Assembly: GCA_964187785.1 (NCBI GenBank)
Contig: OZ076409.1
Coordinates: forward strand, 22,880,001 to 22,944,000
Direction of reading: 5' to 3'
Source of the DNA: Amphiscolops sp. MND2022
Taxonomy: Eukaryota
DNA length: 64,000 bases
Below the pieces are notes generated by a model that had not been told where the DNA came from, made no database searches, and was given only the letters and a program-made list of their open reading frames with translations. Positions 1-13,109 of this stretch are shown here, in pieces; within the stretch, counting starts at the first letter, position 1, and every line of letters begins with the position of its first letter. Made by a program: the position numbers and the translations under genes.

Positions 1-195
1 AGGGGGACAACGTGTCTTTAGTGACTTTAGTCTCGTCCGGTTTTGTTTGTTGCGATCAAAAAAGGAAAAACCATCATAGTTCAGTTCCAAATAGTATAAT
101 TTGGCTCTGTAAAATTTTGTGAAGTTTTGGTAGACCTATTTTGGTCAGTTCGTTTGGATTGAAAAAAAAAAACAAAGTTACCATTATTGTCCCGT

Positions 196-1340
196 CCCGT
201 ACTGAGATCCCATCGCAGTTCATCGATGGCCATCGCAGTCCCATGGGGCCCATCGATGGCCATCAATGGTCCATCGATGGGCATCGATGAGGTTTTTCTA
301 ACGTTGATCCCATCGATGGGTCATCGATGGACCATCGATGACCCATCGATGGAAATCGAAATTTTCGATCACAAAAATTCGTTCGACTTGGCCGTGTTCA
401 AAATTTCAACAAAACTCTGGCCATTTAAGTTTTTCATTCAGTCTATTTAAACTTTGTTTGGGATTTCGAGGGTGCCCAAACATTTTATTCAGAAATGAAG
501 TTATACATAGTTATCCATATTATTTACCTTTGTGAAAAACCGGATTCTGTTGATTTTCCAAGAGAAAAACCCCAAATTTTTTGATACAAAAACGTATTTT
601 CAGAGTCAATTTTCTGCATATTTCAGATGTTTTCTTCTTACAAGCAGATGGTTTTCTCAGCAATGGAAGCTTGATTCCGTCGCATTTTCATGCGTATAAT
701 TGCAATTCTGCCAGGTTTTTTCTGATTTTCCAGATAAAACGTCCAAATTTTTTGATACAAAAACGTATTTTCAGAGTCAATTTTCTGCATATTTCAGATA
801 TGTTTTCTTCTTACAAGCAGATGGTTTTCTCAGCAATGGAAGCTTGATTCCGTCGCATTTTCATGCGTATAATTGCAATTCTGCCAGGTTTTTTTCTGAT
901 TTTCCAGATAAAACGTCCAAATTTTTTGATACAAAGACGTATTTTCAGAGTCAATTTTCTGCATATTTCAGATATGTTTTCTTCTTACAAGAGATGATTT
1001 TCTCAGCAATGGAAGCTTGATTCCGTCGCATTTTTATGCGAACAATTGCAATTTTGCCAGGTTTTTCAACTTTTTCAAACAATTCAAGGACAAGGCTCCG
1101 ATATAAGTGATTTTCAGGCTCGAGAAAGCTTGCTCAGGCTCAAAAGGAAATGAAAGTAGGTTAAAATTAGATATATTTAACCCAAAAATGCTCCACAACT
1201 GCCCCCATGCGCTGGGCGATAATTCAAATCCCATCGATGGCCATCGATGGTCCATCGATGCCCATCGGAAAAAGTTGCGATGGCCCATCGATGGGCTTCG
1301 ATGGGCCCATCGATGGGATTGAATGGAGTCTCAGTACGGG
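196..1340. mobile_element. Non-autonomous TIR DNA transposon (CCC...GGG ends, 2-bp TSD; CMC/EnSpm-like)
   Basis: Perfect 12-bp TIR CCCGTACTGAGA (196-207) / TCTCAGTACGGG (1329-1340). GT is duplicated on both flanks, as shown by the uninterrupted paralogous site. Arrays of the palindrome CCATCGATGG lie at both ends. Confidence 0.85.
551..1070. repeat. Tandem repeat, about 171-174-bp unit, about 3 copies, inside the MITE
   Basis: CCAAATTTTTTGATACAAA recurs at 572, 743 and 917 with near-identical downstream sequence. Confidence 0.92.
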
Positions 1341-3498
1341 GTTTTACTTCATGAAGCGCCGACTAAATAGACAGGCACTTCCATTTTTAAAAAAATCATT
1401 TCCCTTTGGTGGCGTGAAGCGGAATAGTGTCCAATTGAAACATTGGTTAAATTTGCATCAACATTATAGCATTTTTTATTACCGTTAAGATTTCCAATCC
1501 CATTAAAACCCATTGAAGTTTCGTGCGATGACAAAAAATTTCAGCTTGAATTTTCTCACTTTTCCACATTTGCATTTCAAACTTGTCTCAACGATGCCCT
1601 CGTGGGATGCAGCGACAACATGACCCCCAGACGATCGATCTGAATCAAAGTCCAGATGACAGAAAGTTGTTTACTAACAAACTTTATTGACTGTAACATC
1701 TATTTATGTTGTATTGCTACCATTGTTGAATATAGTTAGATACGGAGATAGTTGAACGTTATTAAATTCCATTTGAGTTTTCTTAACCGTAAGATCGCGG
1801 AAACTAATAGCCCTTATTTGTAAACATGTTCATTCGGGTCATGAAGTTTTTTAATCTCCAGTTTTTTTCCAATAGCGTTAAAAAGTAAAACTTCTAATGG
1901 CTGCTGCAGCAGTCTGTCTGGCTATACATGTACTCATGTATTCATTCTCCTAAATTTCCAGTACTAAGGACAATATGTTCGATTCTGCAAAAAGTTTGAA
2001 ACATTTGGTACAATCGGCTTTTCGACTAGAAACTTTTTGATGTTAGAATAAGCGGATCATGCAAAATAGTTTTTGCATCGCGTTTCATTATCTCTTACAA
2101 CTTCTTACAGGAAAAATAACATCTGCGACTCCATTTCTCTACTTGTTGAATTTCTTCATCGACTGAGGAAAATAACTTTGTTCTATTTTTCTGCTTTTTC
2201 GTGCAACAATATTGATTATTTGGTTTGGACCAGAAACTTCTAATATAAGAATGTCTGAAATCGAAAAAAAAACTATTTTGATAATTGCTCAGAGATGTTC
2301 GATCAATTTTTTGAAGTTTTCGATCACATTTAGGCCTCGAATGACTAAAAGCACATACGTTGATCGTAGAAAATTTATATCTGCTGAAATTGTGATGAAA
2401 ATAACTAACTTCAACTCAGAAAGAAGCATTTCGGATTTCGTTGGTTGTTCAGTTAAAAACGGAAAAAAGAAGGAAATATTCTCGAGATTTCGTAAGTAGA
2501 AAAGTCTTTAAAGTCTTCAAGTTTTCTTGATATCTCTCAACAAACCATCTGGATGACTTCTAGCTTTGAAAAATTATAACTAATATTCGAACACATGTAA
2601 AATGACAAAATATGTTGAAACGTGATCCTTAGTTGTAAAATTTCAAAACCACTGAAAATCATTTCGGCATTTATTGTCTTCATCAAATGATGGATGCATC
2701 TGCGGGAAAATGATTGTCGAATTGGGAAAATTAAACTTGCCTTGGTTCATGCTGCGATGCCAAGTTTTTATCCAGGAATTTTAAAGTTAATTCAAATTGA
2801 GTTATAATAATTAAAAGAAATAACATTTTTGTACTTACTCTGAGTGGTTGTCGGCCATGCGCGCAGGGTTAGTTTGACAAACGAGACAAGGGATAAAAAG
2901 TTGGCTGGGGAAGTTCCCGTCAAAATTGACGAGAAGTGGAGTTTAGGAGGACGAATTTGGTTTAGCCGATGTTAGCAGACCATTTTCAGGTGTTTTACGT
3001 CCTCATCGCCTCCAAATAATGTGAACAAAAAACGCTGCTTCGTGAAGGCAAATTGGACAGAATGAAAAGTGTTCACGCAATTTTCCCTCAACGCTCCTGC
3101 TTTGCGGCCATCTCTGATTGGCTGATTTATTCATTCCTGAAAAGGGAAATATTGGAAAATATAAGTTAGAAAAGATTGGCCAAGAAAGATGGAAAAGTTT
3201 GGGATTCCCAGGGGAAAAATTAATCGGACATTTCCTGAGGCATTTTAATCTAGTTCAGCAGTAACACTGACAATGAAGTAGAATTTGACAGAAAGGCAAC
3301 TTGGCTTAATTGACAGCTATCTTTTCTCTCTTTTTATAAAAACAAACGGACCATCAGGTAAATGCTTCTGACTAGATCACAAGGGGGTGCTAATGTCTTA
3401 AAATGCGGTTGGGGCTTTTTTGTGAAGAAATGCACGAAATTTTCAGAACTATTGCGTGTATTTCGAGAAATGAAAAATTGTGACTGAAACAGCAACAA

Positions 3499-4412
3499 CC
3501 CAGGTTTTCGATCTTTGCGAATCTGTGCAGATCTGCAGGATTTTTTCTGCAGGGTTCTGCAAAGATCGTTGCACTGAATCTTGAAGATCCATACAGATCT
3601 GCAAGATCTTTACAGAAGTGTGCAGATTTTCTTTAAAGATTTTTGCAGAAATATGTTTTTCTGCAGCTTCTAAGGAACCAATATACTGCATTTTTGGAAT
3701 TCTTCAACTACTTTAACGAGTATTTTAGCTGACCTAGGGTAAATCAGTTGAAACTCTTCATCACATCGCTCTAAATTTTTGAGAAGGAAAATTTGTCCCC
3801 ATCACTACAATTTTGCCTTCTGGGGAATATTCGGTATTGGTCATACACTTATTTATCTATTTCTCTATTTCACTAGAACTTTTCAGAAGTGGTTGTTCAA
3901 CTTTGAGAGGCTCGTCTGCCATATTGACTTCGTTTTGACAGATGAAATCTGACATGTGACAACCTTCTGGGTTGGTAGATGTGTTGATAAAGCGTTATTG
4001 TGGTAATTGTTCGGGAACATTGTTTGTTGGAATAAATTTAGTAATTGCTGGTAACTCGGAATACGTTAGAGTAATTTATTGGTCACTGTTTGGCTCTGTA
4101 AAGATCTGTAGAGATCTGTAATCTCTGAGGATTTCCACAGATTGCTAGTTCGTTGCGGCATATGTATCGTAATGCTGTAATCTGTACAGATCTGTACATA
4201 TTGCTACAGAAAAATGTTCCATCATTTTGACTTAAATGAGACTTCTTTCAAGATTTAAACATTTTTATTATACGTTTGACATCGCTGTGGGGTTTTTATT
4301 GTGTTTCTGAGAATGTCAGTTTTTTTCGAATCTGCACATATATGCAAAGATCTGCAAAAATTCTGCAGATCTGCACATATCTGCCAGGATCTGCAAAAAT
4401 TGAAAATCTGGG
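3499..4412. mobile_element. Non-autonomous TIR DNA transposon (CCC...GGG ends, 2-bp TSD AA)
   Basis: CCCAGGTTTTCGAT (from 3499) and ATTGAAAATCTGGG (to 4412) are inverted at 12/14 positions; AA on both flanks; subterminal GCAGATCTGC-type palindrome arrays. Confidence 0.8.
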
Positions 4413-5684
4413 AAGCCAACTTTCATTAATTCACAGGCGTGATGCAGTTTCGTTGACTGGGAATCACCGAATTGTTAGAAGTAAATTAACTAGTAGTTGT
4501 AAATTAACCAGTAAAATATCTAACAAAATTTTGTACCTTGAACTCAAAAAGTTTTTCATTCAACTAATCAAAATATACTGTATTTCTAATGGAAGCTGTT
4601 AAAAGTTGGTATAGTTCAAACGGTATCAGGTCAAAATCTCCTATGGTAAATCCTTCCTAAGAAAATTACTCCGAAACGAAAATATACTAGATTAAATTTT
4701 CTAAAGTAGGAGATCGTGATTAGACACGTTCACATACCGATAGTGTTCTCAATGCAAGAGCGAAGCAAAGCGGACTAACGTGCCACAACTGGTCCAGTGG
4801 CAGGTTTCGAGGAAGGCCGACATGGGGGGTACAAAATGCTCTTGAAGGAGGACGGCGAGTCATTCAACGAGTCATTCACCCAGTTCTTTGACTTTAATTT
4901 GAGCGATTTAACTTCAAAGATTTTAACTTAGGAAATTTTAATTTGTAACCAATTTAACTATCATGATTGAATATGCTGGGGGTGGAAATTTCGTCGCCAA
5001 AAATGTCGTCGTCAGAATATTCGTCGTATTGGTTAGAAGTAACTGCGTTTCATTTTAACACCAAAATAGAGTCAAAAAGTGAATTGCATTCAATCAACTC
5101 ATCAAGACGCTTATTGAGTTGTATATTCCCAGTCCTACCGGTAAAACTACTTACGGGAGATTCACGATACAATTTTAGCTTGTTTTAGGAATGAATTTTG
5201 CTTTTTTGCCAGACAATTATCAAAAATTCTGGTAATTTTTGCTTCAAATATCGAAGTAACTAACCTACCGCTCCAAATATGCTCTTGCGTGTTCACAACT
5301 AAAGGTGTGAAGGGAGGGAGAACAATTCGGCCAAATTCATGGACGACATGTAGTCTTCAACAATACTGTAATGCATGAACAAAATTGTGTACAAATAATA
5401 TTCCAAACAGGCCAAAGAAGGCCACGTCCAATTGCCTGTCCCGGCTGTCTTTTTTATTCAAGCTGCGAATGGTTTCATCCACACTGCACTCTAAGAGAGT
5501 ATTGCTTCATATTTAGGGTAGGATCGGTTGAAAATTCAGCGAAAAAAGCCCCAACTGGCTAAATACCATGATCAATTAATATACCACAGCACTAAGCCAT
5601 ACTCGGCCTTTGTTTGATTAGTACAAGCGCGTATATCAAATCAATTCTAAAATGAAGAGATCTGATTGGTTAATACTGATTTGG

Positions 5685-5760
5685 ACTTGTTGTCCGCAGT
5701 GCCAGGCAAGGAAATATTTGAACGCGTTTCCTTTGCCTGTACGCCTTGGTGTCCAATTTC
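5685..5760 (-). mobile_element. Fragment of an LTR related to element B (U3-like region); the relic probably extends further, possibly to about 5925
   Basis: The reverse complement AATTGGACACCAAGGCGTACAGGCAAAGGAAACGCGTTCAAATATTTCCTTGCCTG matches 54948-55003 almost exactly. Confidence 0.7.
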
Positions 5761-7004
5761 TATAATATTACACGTACAAAAGCAAGAAGTAGTCTAATTG
5801 TACACCAACATAATAACTATGAATTTAGCAACATAAACAAGATAACTGTGAGGTGTGTGAATGGAAAATATCCATTCAGTCCAGTGGAATTGTCCCAGGC
5901 AGGGCCAAATGGTAATTCTACGACACAGAGTACTGCGAGAAGAAGCTTCCTCATGTTGTTGGCTCCTGGTTAATTTGTTTCTTTAGTTCTGATCAGACTT
6001 CTCCTCAGTCGTTCGAGCCTTGGTGTTGGCGAGGTAAATTCAAAACTCGTTTCTAAGGTGCTTTTGACTACTTTTGTTTTAGAATTATTGAGTCATTTGT
6101 CTTTCAGTTTGTGTTTTGGACGTTGCCGCTTTGGTTTTATTTTTTCGTTGAATGATGCTCGCGGCTGCATGACGTTGTCAGGTAGCAATGTCATCTGGAG
6201 TAAGCGACCGTCCGCTCCTCTTAAGTTTTCCTCCCGTCTGAATTCTTGGTATCTTGATCTTACAATCAGTTTGCTGACTCGTTTTCAGTGTAAAATTTTG
6301 TTTGTATTTCTGGCTAGGTGTGATTTGTACCTGCAATTGCTGTTTGCGGTTTTGTATCGCATCCTCAATCGAACGTTTTTAAGATTGTTTTCGTTCGAGA
6401 AACAACTATGGAAAGTGGTTACTTATGTCAATTTTCACCTTCTCGTTGTTTGCATTACAAGCTGATACGTCTGGCCATTTCCATTATTACAGGAATATTA
6501 CAGTAGCTGTCTGATTTGGCTAAAAACAGAAGTTTGTGATAGATCCGTATCTATGCTCAAACTACTTTTCATCAACTACTCTTCGTTTTCTTCCGTAGCG
6601 TCGTTCGAAAGAACTTTCTTTCATTTTTGTGTTGACAGTTGTCTTCATTACCTTCAAAGATCAGTTAATTTTCACATCATGTGCAAAATAGTCTGCTCAG
6701 TTCGTTCGCATTAAAAATTTCAACGTATTCAGCGCCATTGTTGTTGCATCCAATCTAAGTCCATCAACTACAATTTTTTAGTTTTCTTGATTACCAACGG
6801 TATTTGAAAAAAGAGGCCGCTACGCACCGAGATATTTTCCGCCTTCAATTGAAAGTTGAAAACGAAACATTACGTCTTTCCTCGGAAAACGAAATTCTCT
6901 TCGCATATAACGTCAAAGTTCGGCCATAGCGTGCTGGGACAAATGGGAAAGCTGCTTGTTTGCGAACCTCAGCTTCCTCCTTAGTAAAACGTAAGTTCAA
7001 TTAT

Positions 7005-7899
7005 AAACAAGACGAGAACGTCTAAAGTCGGCGCCATATCTAAGGCTCAAAAAGCGCAAAAGACTTTTTTTGAAAAAAAAACTTAAAATTTTTTTTCGAA
7101 ATTTTATCGAATTTTTTTTTCGAAAAACCAAAAAAATGGACTGAGTGGCGCACCGGGGCCCGCTAGCGCGAGCCCCTGGCGCGCTAAAAGAGGGACACTT
7201 CCGAAATTGTCAACATTTTTGTTGCAGTTGAAGGAGGAACCCTTTGGAGAAAAAACAAATTTTCGAAAAAAAGTCTCACAATGCCGAAAAACTGAAAGGG
7301 GGGACCCTTTGGGATTTTTAAACACCCAATGTGTTGTAAAATATCAAAGAAATTGAAGGGGGACCCTTTGGAGAGAAAATAATTTTCGGAAAAAATCTCA
7401 CAGTGCCGAAAAAAACTGAAAGGAGGGACCTTTTGGGGTTTTTCACCATCCATTCAGTCGCAAAACATCAAAAAATTGAAGGGATGAAAATTTTTTATTT
7501 TCGAAAAAAAATCTCACAGTGCCGAAAAAAACTGAAAGGGGGGACCCTTTGGAATTTTCCAACATCCATTTTGTCGCAAAACAGCAAAAAATTGAAGGGG
7601 GACCCTTTGGAGACAAAAAAAATTTCGAAAAAAAGTCGCAGAGTGCCGAAAAAAACTCAAAGGGGGAACCCTATTGTCTCGTCAGGTTTTGTATCTTACG
7701 ATAAAAATGGAGTAACTGAAAGGGGGGACCCTTTGCACTATCTTAAATGCGCTCCCCGTTTGCCGATCCAGTACTTTAGTTTAGTACTTCTGTTCTGTAA
7801 AAAGTGTCCACTACGCATACATTCTGTTATCTGACGAAAAAAAAAACTAGCCACTGTAATAGTCGGGCTCATTTTCTTCTAAAATGCGCCGACTAAAAA
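7005..7899 (-). mobile_element. Helentron-associated (HINE/DINE-1-like) element
   Basis: Subterminal inverted repeat AGTCGGCGC (about 7027) / GCGCCGACT (about 7886), A-run end, internal AAAAAACTGAAAGGGGGGACCCTTTGG repeats shared with the other copies. Confidence 0.8.
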
Positions 7900-8154
7900 G
7901 GAGTAAAAAGTAGAGTTTTGGACAGATGCATTTCTTCCCCCTACACAAAAAATGTTGCGGGCGGAAAGTAATAATTCTTGAATTGCTCTCACGAATTCTA
8001 ATGGAGGTCCTACAAATTCGATTCTGTTGTTGATTATATCTTTATGATTGGCACTGACTGTTTCCAATTGGGATATAATGTTGACTAAGCATTGCGGTAT
8101 TAAGGTGATTTGTGATCTGCTGTCCAATTTGAAATTGAATTCGGACGTCGGTAC

Positions 8155-8514
8155 CTAGTTGTGTTGACTGACGTCCTGGTAGAACTCGTTTAATTCAATG
8201 GGTCTGGGCTCAAGAACTGTGTTCTCGACGTCTATTCTACTCGAACCGTAATTCGTGTTATTGGGCGTTCTATCAGTCAATGAATCTATTTTCGATGTCA
8301 AATTTTCTATCATCTTAAGGATTGTCTGCTGGCCAGTCTTAGTATCCTTAATTCTTTTACTTACTGACTTCTCAATTTTCTCCGAAAAATCTGCAAAATC
8401 TTTGTCGGAAATACTGGGGGCTTTTTCCGATCTCATACTCGAAGATTCAGGCTCACCTATCGACCTAGTAGGCGACTCTCGTCTGGCTTTCCTTTTGGAA
8501 CTTCGCTCAGGCAT
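8155..8514 (-). CDS. LTR-encoded N-terminal Gag segment of the solo LTR (truncated at the LTR boundary)
   Basis: MPERSSKRKARRESP basic start followed by a coiled-coil-like segment, the same layout as MGNKRSRRSRRLETPSP (A) and MPSTRRQKAKARRSRE (B). The frame stays open up to the terminal CA. Confidence 0.6.
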   Translation of the reverse strand: MPERSSKRKARRESPTRSIGEPESSSMRSEKAPSISDKDFADFSEKIEKSVSKRIKDTKTGQQTILKMIENLTSKIDSLTDRTPNNTNYGSSRIDVENTVLEPRPIELNEFYQDVSQHN

Positions 8515-10096
8515 CCTCTTTAAGTTAAGAATTTCGAAGGCTTCTTAAGAATAGTTAAGATTGGCTTGCTAACGAAGAAATTGCAGAGCGCAAAACTTTA
8601 ATTGTCGTTTAATTAGAAAGCAAATATTTTTCAACGAAAGGAAAATTTCAACTGAAATGGATTCCAAGTTTCAACATATTTGTATATTTCCTCTCGGAAA
8701 GGCGGGGAAAAACACAACTACATTTCACATTTTGTTCAGCCCGGCGTCTGTCCGAGGCAGGGAAACCGGAAGCTCAGTTCTGCTTTGTCGAACTCAGACC
8801 TTCAGTTTGTTCATGTTTTCCGAAGAAAACAAGCGTCCACTTCCTGTCTGAGTTGCGACTCCGCTTCCCTTCACCTCCAATTTCCCGCCCTTTCGAGAAG
8901 CCGAAGCTGAACTTGGCAATGGCAAACTTGATGAATCACCAAAAATGCTGCTGAATGAATGTAAGAATTGGAAAAGATGACAATCAATTTTTTTACAAAT
9001 TGTTTCCCAATTTATTAAAATAGCATCGATTTAGCCTTAAATTAACAAAATCACATTAGGAATCACAAATAAATGAGTAGAGACGCTCCTGCGGCGTTTA
9101 CGACGCTAATTTAGCAGAAATTACGAAGCCTTAGACCCAGGCCATAGTCCGGGACGTTTAGAGTTTACACAGGAGAAAAGGAACGATTATTAGAGACAAA
9201 TACTGTTAAAAGCATCATTTAGGGGGATGACTAGCATGGTTTGATAGCAACAGGTTCATGGAAAAGGAATGTACATGTCATTAACGCGTATAATATTATT
9301 TAACACCAACCTCAAGCCCAGGCCATCGTCCAGGCCTGTTTATTAACTAATCACGATATACATGTAAAAATCATTCTATGTAACATTTTAAGCAATGACA
9401 TTATTTATAATCACAGGTAATAAGCTGCAGGTTTATTTTTGAACGAAATTACATAGCAACATTAACATTTCTCGCTTTTATTGTTGACTCGATACATGTT
9501 TATTTTCAGGCCGCATCCCAGGCCGCTGTATATATTATTCCATGCATTTAGCACAAGATTTCAATTATTTGTACAAATACGCGCGTATCATCATTTGGCT
9601 ACTGCAAGGGGTATTAGAGTGCTTACATGTATTCATTAAATCGTTCATTAGACGTCGCGTTATGCTTAGCAGCGTGTTTTAATCTCAGGCCGCATGCCAG
9701 GCCGGCGCTTCGCGTACTGAATTTGAGGCCGGTCGCCAGGCCGCAGTTCCGCTATAGAATTGTTTGGCCGCTCGTTAGGCGTTATGATTCGCATAATATT
9801 AACTGCAGCACTATATTATTATTATTAACTGCACCGTAGCTCCGTTATGCTTTAAGTACGTATGTATATAAGTGTACATTATTATATAAACACTAATATG
9901 TATATATGTATATATTTATTTATTCAGTTATTTCCCACATTATATTATTTAGCGGCATTGTTTCAGGTTGTATGGATTAGACTCATTGTTTGTTAGTTAT
10001 TTGTTTTCGTTCTTTCCTTCGTCCTTTTTCTAATTCATTCTCTAAAGACTAGGTTAGATTTGCTGCAGAACTCACAGCTCAAGTGGGGCTGTGACA
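8160..10096 (-). mobile_element. Solo LTR (1937 bp) of a family related to elements A and B
   Basis: On the minus strand it runs TGTCACAG...CAACACA, with a 5-bp TSD CTAGT at 8155-8159 and 10097-10101. It contains a gag-leader-like ORF running to the LTR end and clustered CAGGCC motifs (about 9135-9780). Confidence 0.8.
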
Positions 10097-10756
10097 CTAG
10101 TGTTGTAGGATTCCTTCCTAATTTTGTTGTTGTTTTCGTTTTGATTTTTGTCGAAATCTTGAGGCTATTCTCCAACTGAAATGCAAGATGTATTGCAATC
10201 TTGTGGGTAATCTGCATAAAGTTTGGTAATGATCTTTCTTGTTGCAGTTTCCGGATTTGGCGGACTTTGCTAGGCAGTGATGTAGTCTCAATAAGTTTGT
10301 TGCTCCACTTTTGCCGCATAGGTTGTGTTTGTATTTGTTCGCGTGTATTCCCGTCTACCCTTTGCTCTGTGGTAACTGAGTTTTGCTGACCTTTTTCTCC
10401 TATTTTTCGAACGAATTTTTGCGAGGCCTCTTCTGTGCTCGTTTTCGCTCCTTCCGTGGTTTGAATTGTTTGAGTCATCAAGCTGCAGAGTTTTTTTATT
10501 CTGCTATGAAACCCGGAAGAATCAATAACGCAGGCTGCTGCTCGTGATGGCAATTTCTATCAGATACCAGCTGCAGGCGACGAGACCAACCCCGCACCAG
10601 GGTACTACCGATTTGAATCACAAAGACCTTCCGTCTATCCAACTACACTAAAATTAGGCCGTACCCCGAATGCGCCCTATTTTAAATGTGCGGACCTTCA
10701 GTCCGTACGGCGACAGCGAATCTTACGTTTTATTTGGAGCACTATGTGCTTCATTA

Positions 10757-11289
10757 TTTTTAGACGGCGCTTCATGAAGTGAAACGCGACTATTATAGTG
10801 GCTTTTCTTTTTTTTTTCAATCCACACGAACTGGCCAAAATAGTTGTTAAAAATTCTATAAATTATTATTGAACCAATATGCACCATTTGGCCTAGCGAA
10901 CTGAACCAAAAAGGTTTTTCCTGTTTTCCCGCGTAACATACCATACCGGACAAGACCCCTTTCAATTTTTTTCGGCACTGCGAGACATTTTTTCGAAAAA
11001 AAATTTCCCAAAGCGTCCCCCCTTCAATTTTTTTGCTGTTTTGCGACTGAATAGATGTTGAAAAATCCCAAAGGGTCCCCCCTTTCAGTTTTTTTTGGCA
11101 TTGTGAGACTTTTTTTCTTAATTTTTTTCTCTTTAGCGCGCCAGGGGCTCGCGCTAGCGGGCCCCGGCGCGCCACTCGGTCCATTTTTTGGCTTTTCGAT
11201 TTTCGAGTACCGTAAGTTGACACTTGGAAGTCCTTTTGCTATTTTTGAGCCTTGGATATGGCGCCGACTTGGGCCGGTCCCGGCTTGTT
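10757..11289 (+). mobile_element. Helentron-associated (HINE/DINE-1-like) element
   Basis: 5' T-run plus AGACGGCGC...GCGACT fold-back; 3' GCGCCGACT plus GCCG-GTCC-CGGC hairpin plus TTGTT. Confidence 0.8.
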
Positions 11290-11459
11290 AAACTGAACAC
11301 TTTGTTTTCCAAAAATATAGAAACTCTTGGTTCAACAGGTTTCAACTTCGGGTTTCTAAAACTGATAGTAACTGAAGAAAACCAAGTTTTCTGTTTTTCT
11401 TTTAGTACCCACAAATAGGCTCCTTTATCCATAATTTCAAATGACATCTGAAGCAATTA

Positions 11460-11641
11460 TAGTCGAACTTGGATAAAGGAAACACGGATATAAGAAACAT
11501 TTGAATATAAGAAACGTTTTCACTCCTCCATTTTTATGCCAGACAAAGTTTTTGTTAATGGAACAACTGGTGAAAGAAACTATGGATTAAAGAAACTCTC
11601 TTCTTACCGCCCTCAGGATTTATTTTCTTCAAGTTTGACTG
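11460..11641. mobile_element. Tc1/mariner-pogo-type MITE
   Basis: TA|TAGTCGAACTTGGA...TTCAAGTTTGACTG|TA imperfect TIRs with TA flanks; internal GGATATAAGAAAC-like repeats. Confidence 0.6.
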
Positions 11642-12508
11642 TATTTCACTCTCTATTTTGATAACGTCATTTACATTTCCACAAGTTTTACTAATTTGTT
11701 ACTTTTCTATTTTTCAATATTTCCTCCAAATTCTACCTGGAGGTGGGGTGGGGGTGTGGTTGAAAAATTCCCAGATGCTCAAATTGCCCAGTGATAGATC
11801 ACGTGGGGCTGTTGTTGGCTTCTCGAACTTGATTCCGGACGTGCGTTCTCTCCACGATCCTGGAAGATCACAAGTTCACATGTTGAATCGAAATGAAGAT
11901 AATGGAAAAAAGAACTGGTTCAATTCTCCTCAATTTCCTCTCACGCTCATAATAGTTTTTTTTTGTTTCGAAAATGTTCCATTAAAGTTCTGAAAATTAG
12001 ACATTGGTCTTCTTGCTGACTTTGATTGAAGTCATCGTTTGTTTTTCGACGTATTCCATTAAGTTTTCTAATTATCAATACGCATTAAACTTTTTGCTCT
12101 CTTAGCCTAAGATGATAGTTAAGAAGCGATTGAGTGGGAAAACGTTGTATCGTCTTATGAGCTTCATTTTGGGACGTTATAATTAATTTTCTCTACCGGC
12201 GACTATCACCGTCAACTTCCGTTTCTTGAAGAAAATCGAGAATTTTCTACGTCATTTCTCTGTAATATTTTCTCTTCTCTGCGTTATTAGATGACGGAAA
12301 GAAATGTTCACATGGCAGGCGAACGAAAAGAGGTCATTCACTTTCTATGTTTGTGAACTAGAGCCTGTCTGTTCCAGGCAATACTCTGTATTTTTGGGCC
12401 AGCAAAGTTGCCAAAACATCAAATGATTTTGGAATTATACGCGATCTGGAGACCAAAATTTACATTGTTCAAGACGTTCATTACTTTCAATAACTCATTT
12501 TTACTGTC

Positions 12509-13017
12509 TTTTTAGTCGGCGCTTCATGAAGTGAAACGCGACTATTATAGTGACTTTTTTTTAATCCACACGAACTGACCAAAATAGTTCTACCAAAAGT
12601 TCTTCACAATTTTATGGTCCCAAATTGACTCATTTGGTCTAGCGAACTGAACCAAAAAGGTCTATTCCTTTTTTTCCGCGTAACATACCATACCGGGAGA
12701 AACTGAAGGGTCCCCCTTTCAGTTTTTTCGGCACTGTGAGACTTTTTTCGGAACTTTTTTTCACCAAATTTTTTTCACCCTACAATTTTTCAATGTTTTG
12801 CAACAATGGATGTTAAAAAATGCAAAAGGATCCCCCTTTTAGCGCGCCAAGGGCCCGCGCTAGCGGGCACATGGCGCGCCAGCTCCGTCGTTTGGGTTTT
12901 TCGTGAGTTTGATACTCTTTTTGTTAGTTTGACTTTGAGTTTTTTTACACTTTCATGTCCTTTTGCTATTTTTGAGACTTAGATATGGCGCCGACTTATG
13001 CCGTTCCCGGCTTGTTT
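12509..13017 (+). mobile_element. Helentron-associated (HINE/DINE-1-like) element
   Basis: Starts TTTTTAGTCGGCGCTTCATGAAGTGAAACGCGACT; ends GCGCCGACTTATGCCGTTCCCGGCTTGTTT. Confidence 0.82.
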
Positions 13018-13109
13018 GAATTATTCTGGGCCTGATAAAATTTTGAAATGTTGTAGGTAGGTGTTGGAAGTAATCAAATGCCAAAGGTAAAATTTGAATT
13101 GTTCGATTA

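Larger units (their letters stand above)
1..1367 (-). mobile_element. Helentron-associated (HINE/DINE-1-like) non-autonomous element, truncated by window start and interrupted by the MITE at 196-1340
   Basis: 170-195 plus 1341-1367 rejoin to GTTACCATTATTGTCCCGT/TTTACTTCATGAAGCGCCGACTAAA, matching the reverse complement of the family terminus at 12509-12555. Confidence 0.75.

Noticed and set aside
551..1070. CRISPR-like periodicity here and in HINE internal repeats
   Set aside because: Units repeat in full with no unique spacers; no cas genes; eukaryotic transposon context.
81..1488. Short ORFs rich in PSMG/IDG and duplicated ORFs at 581-1020
   Set aside because: By-products of palindrome arrays and the 172-bp tandem repeat.
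2839..2858. Possible host first coding exon ATGGCCGACAACCACTCAGA|GTAAGT on the minus strand, with a CCAAT box near 3116
   Set aside because: Only six codons and no supportable downstream exon in the window; needs RNA data.
5926..6600. Possible decayed integrase tail on the minus strand
   Set aside because: Only compositional hints; no alignable catalytic motif.
7104..7834. Lys/Phe/Gly-rich ORFs (also 10723-11456, 28510-29081)
   Set aside because: Translations of low-complexity HINE repeats on both strands.
10035..10553. 172-aa minus-strand ORF that enters the solo LTR, resembling ORF X geometry
   Set aside because: It crosses the CTAGT TSD, so it is a chance fusion of flank (probably an older retroelement relic) and LTR; non-ATG start.
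12141..12150. AACGT|TG as the 5' boundary and TSD of the 13110-14245 LTR relic
   Set aside because: One mismatch to the right flank AACGA and no supporting homology; could be chance.
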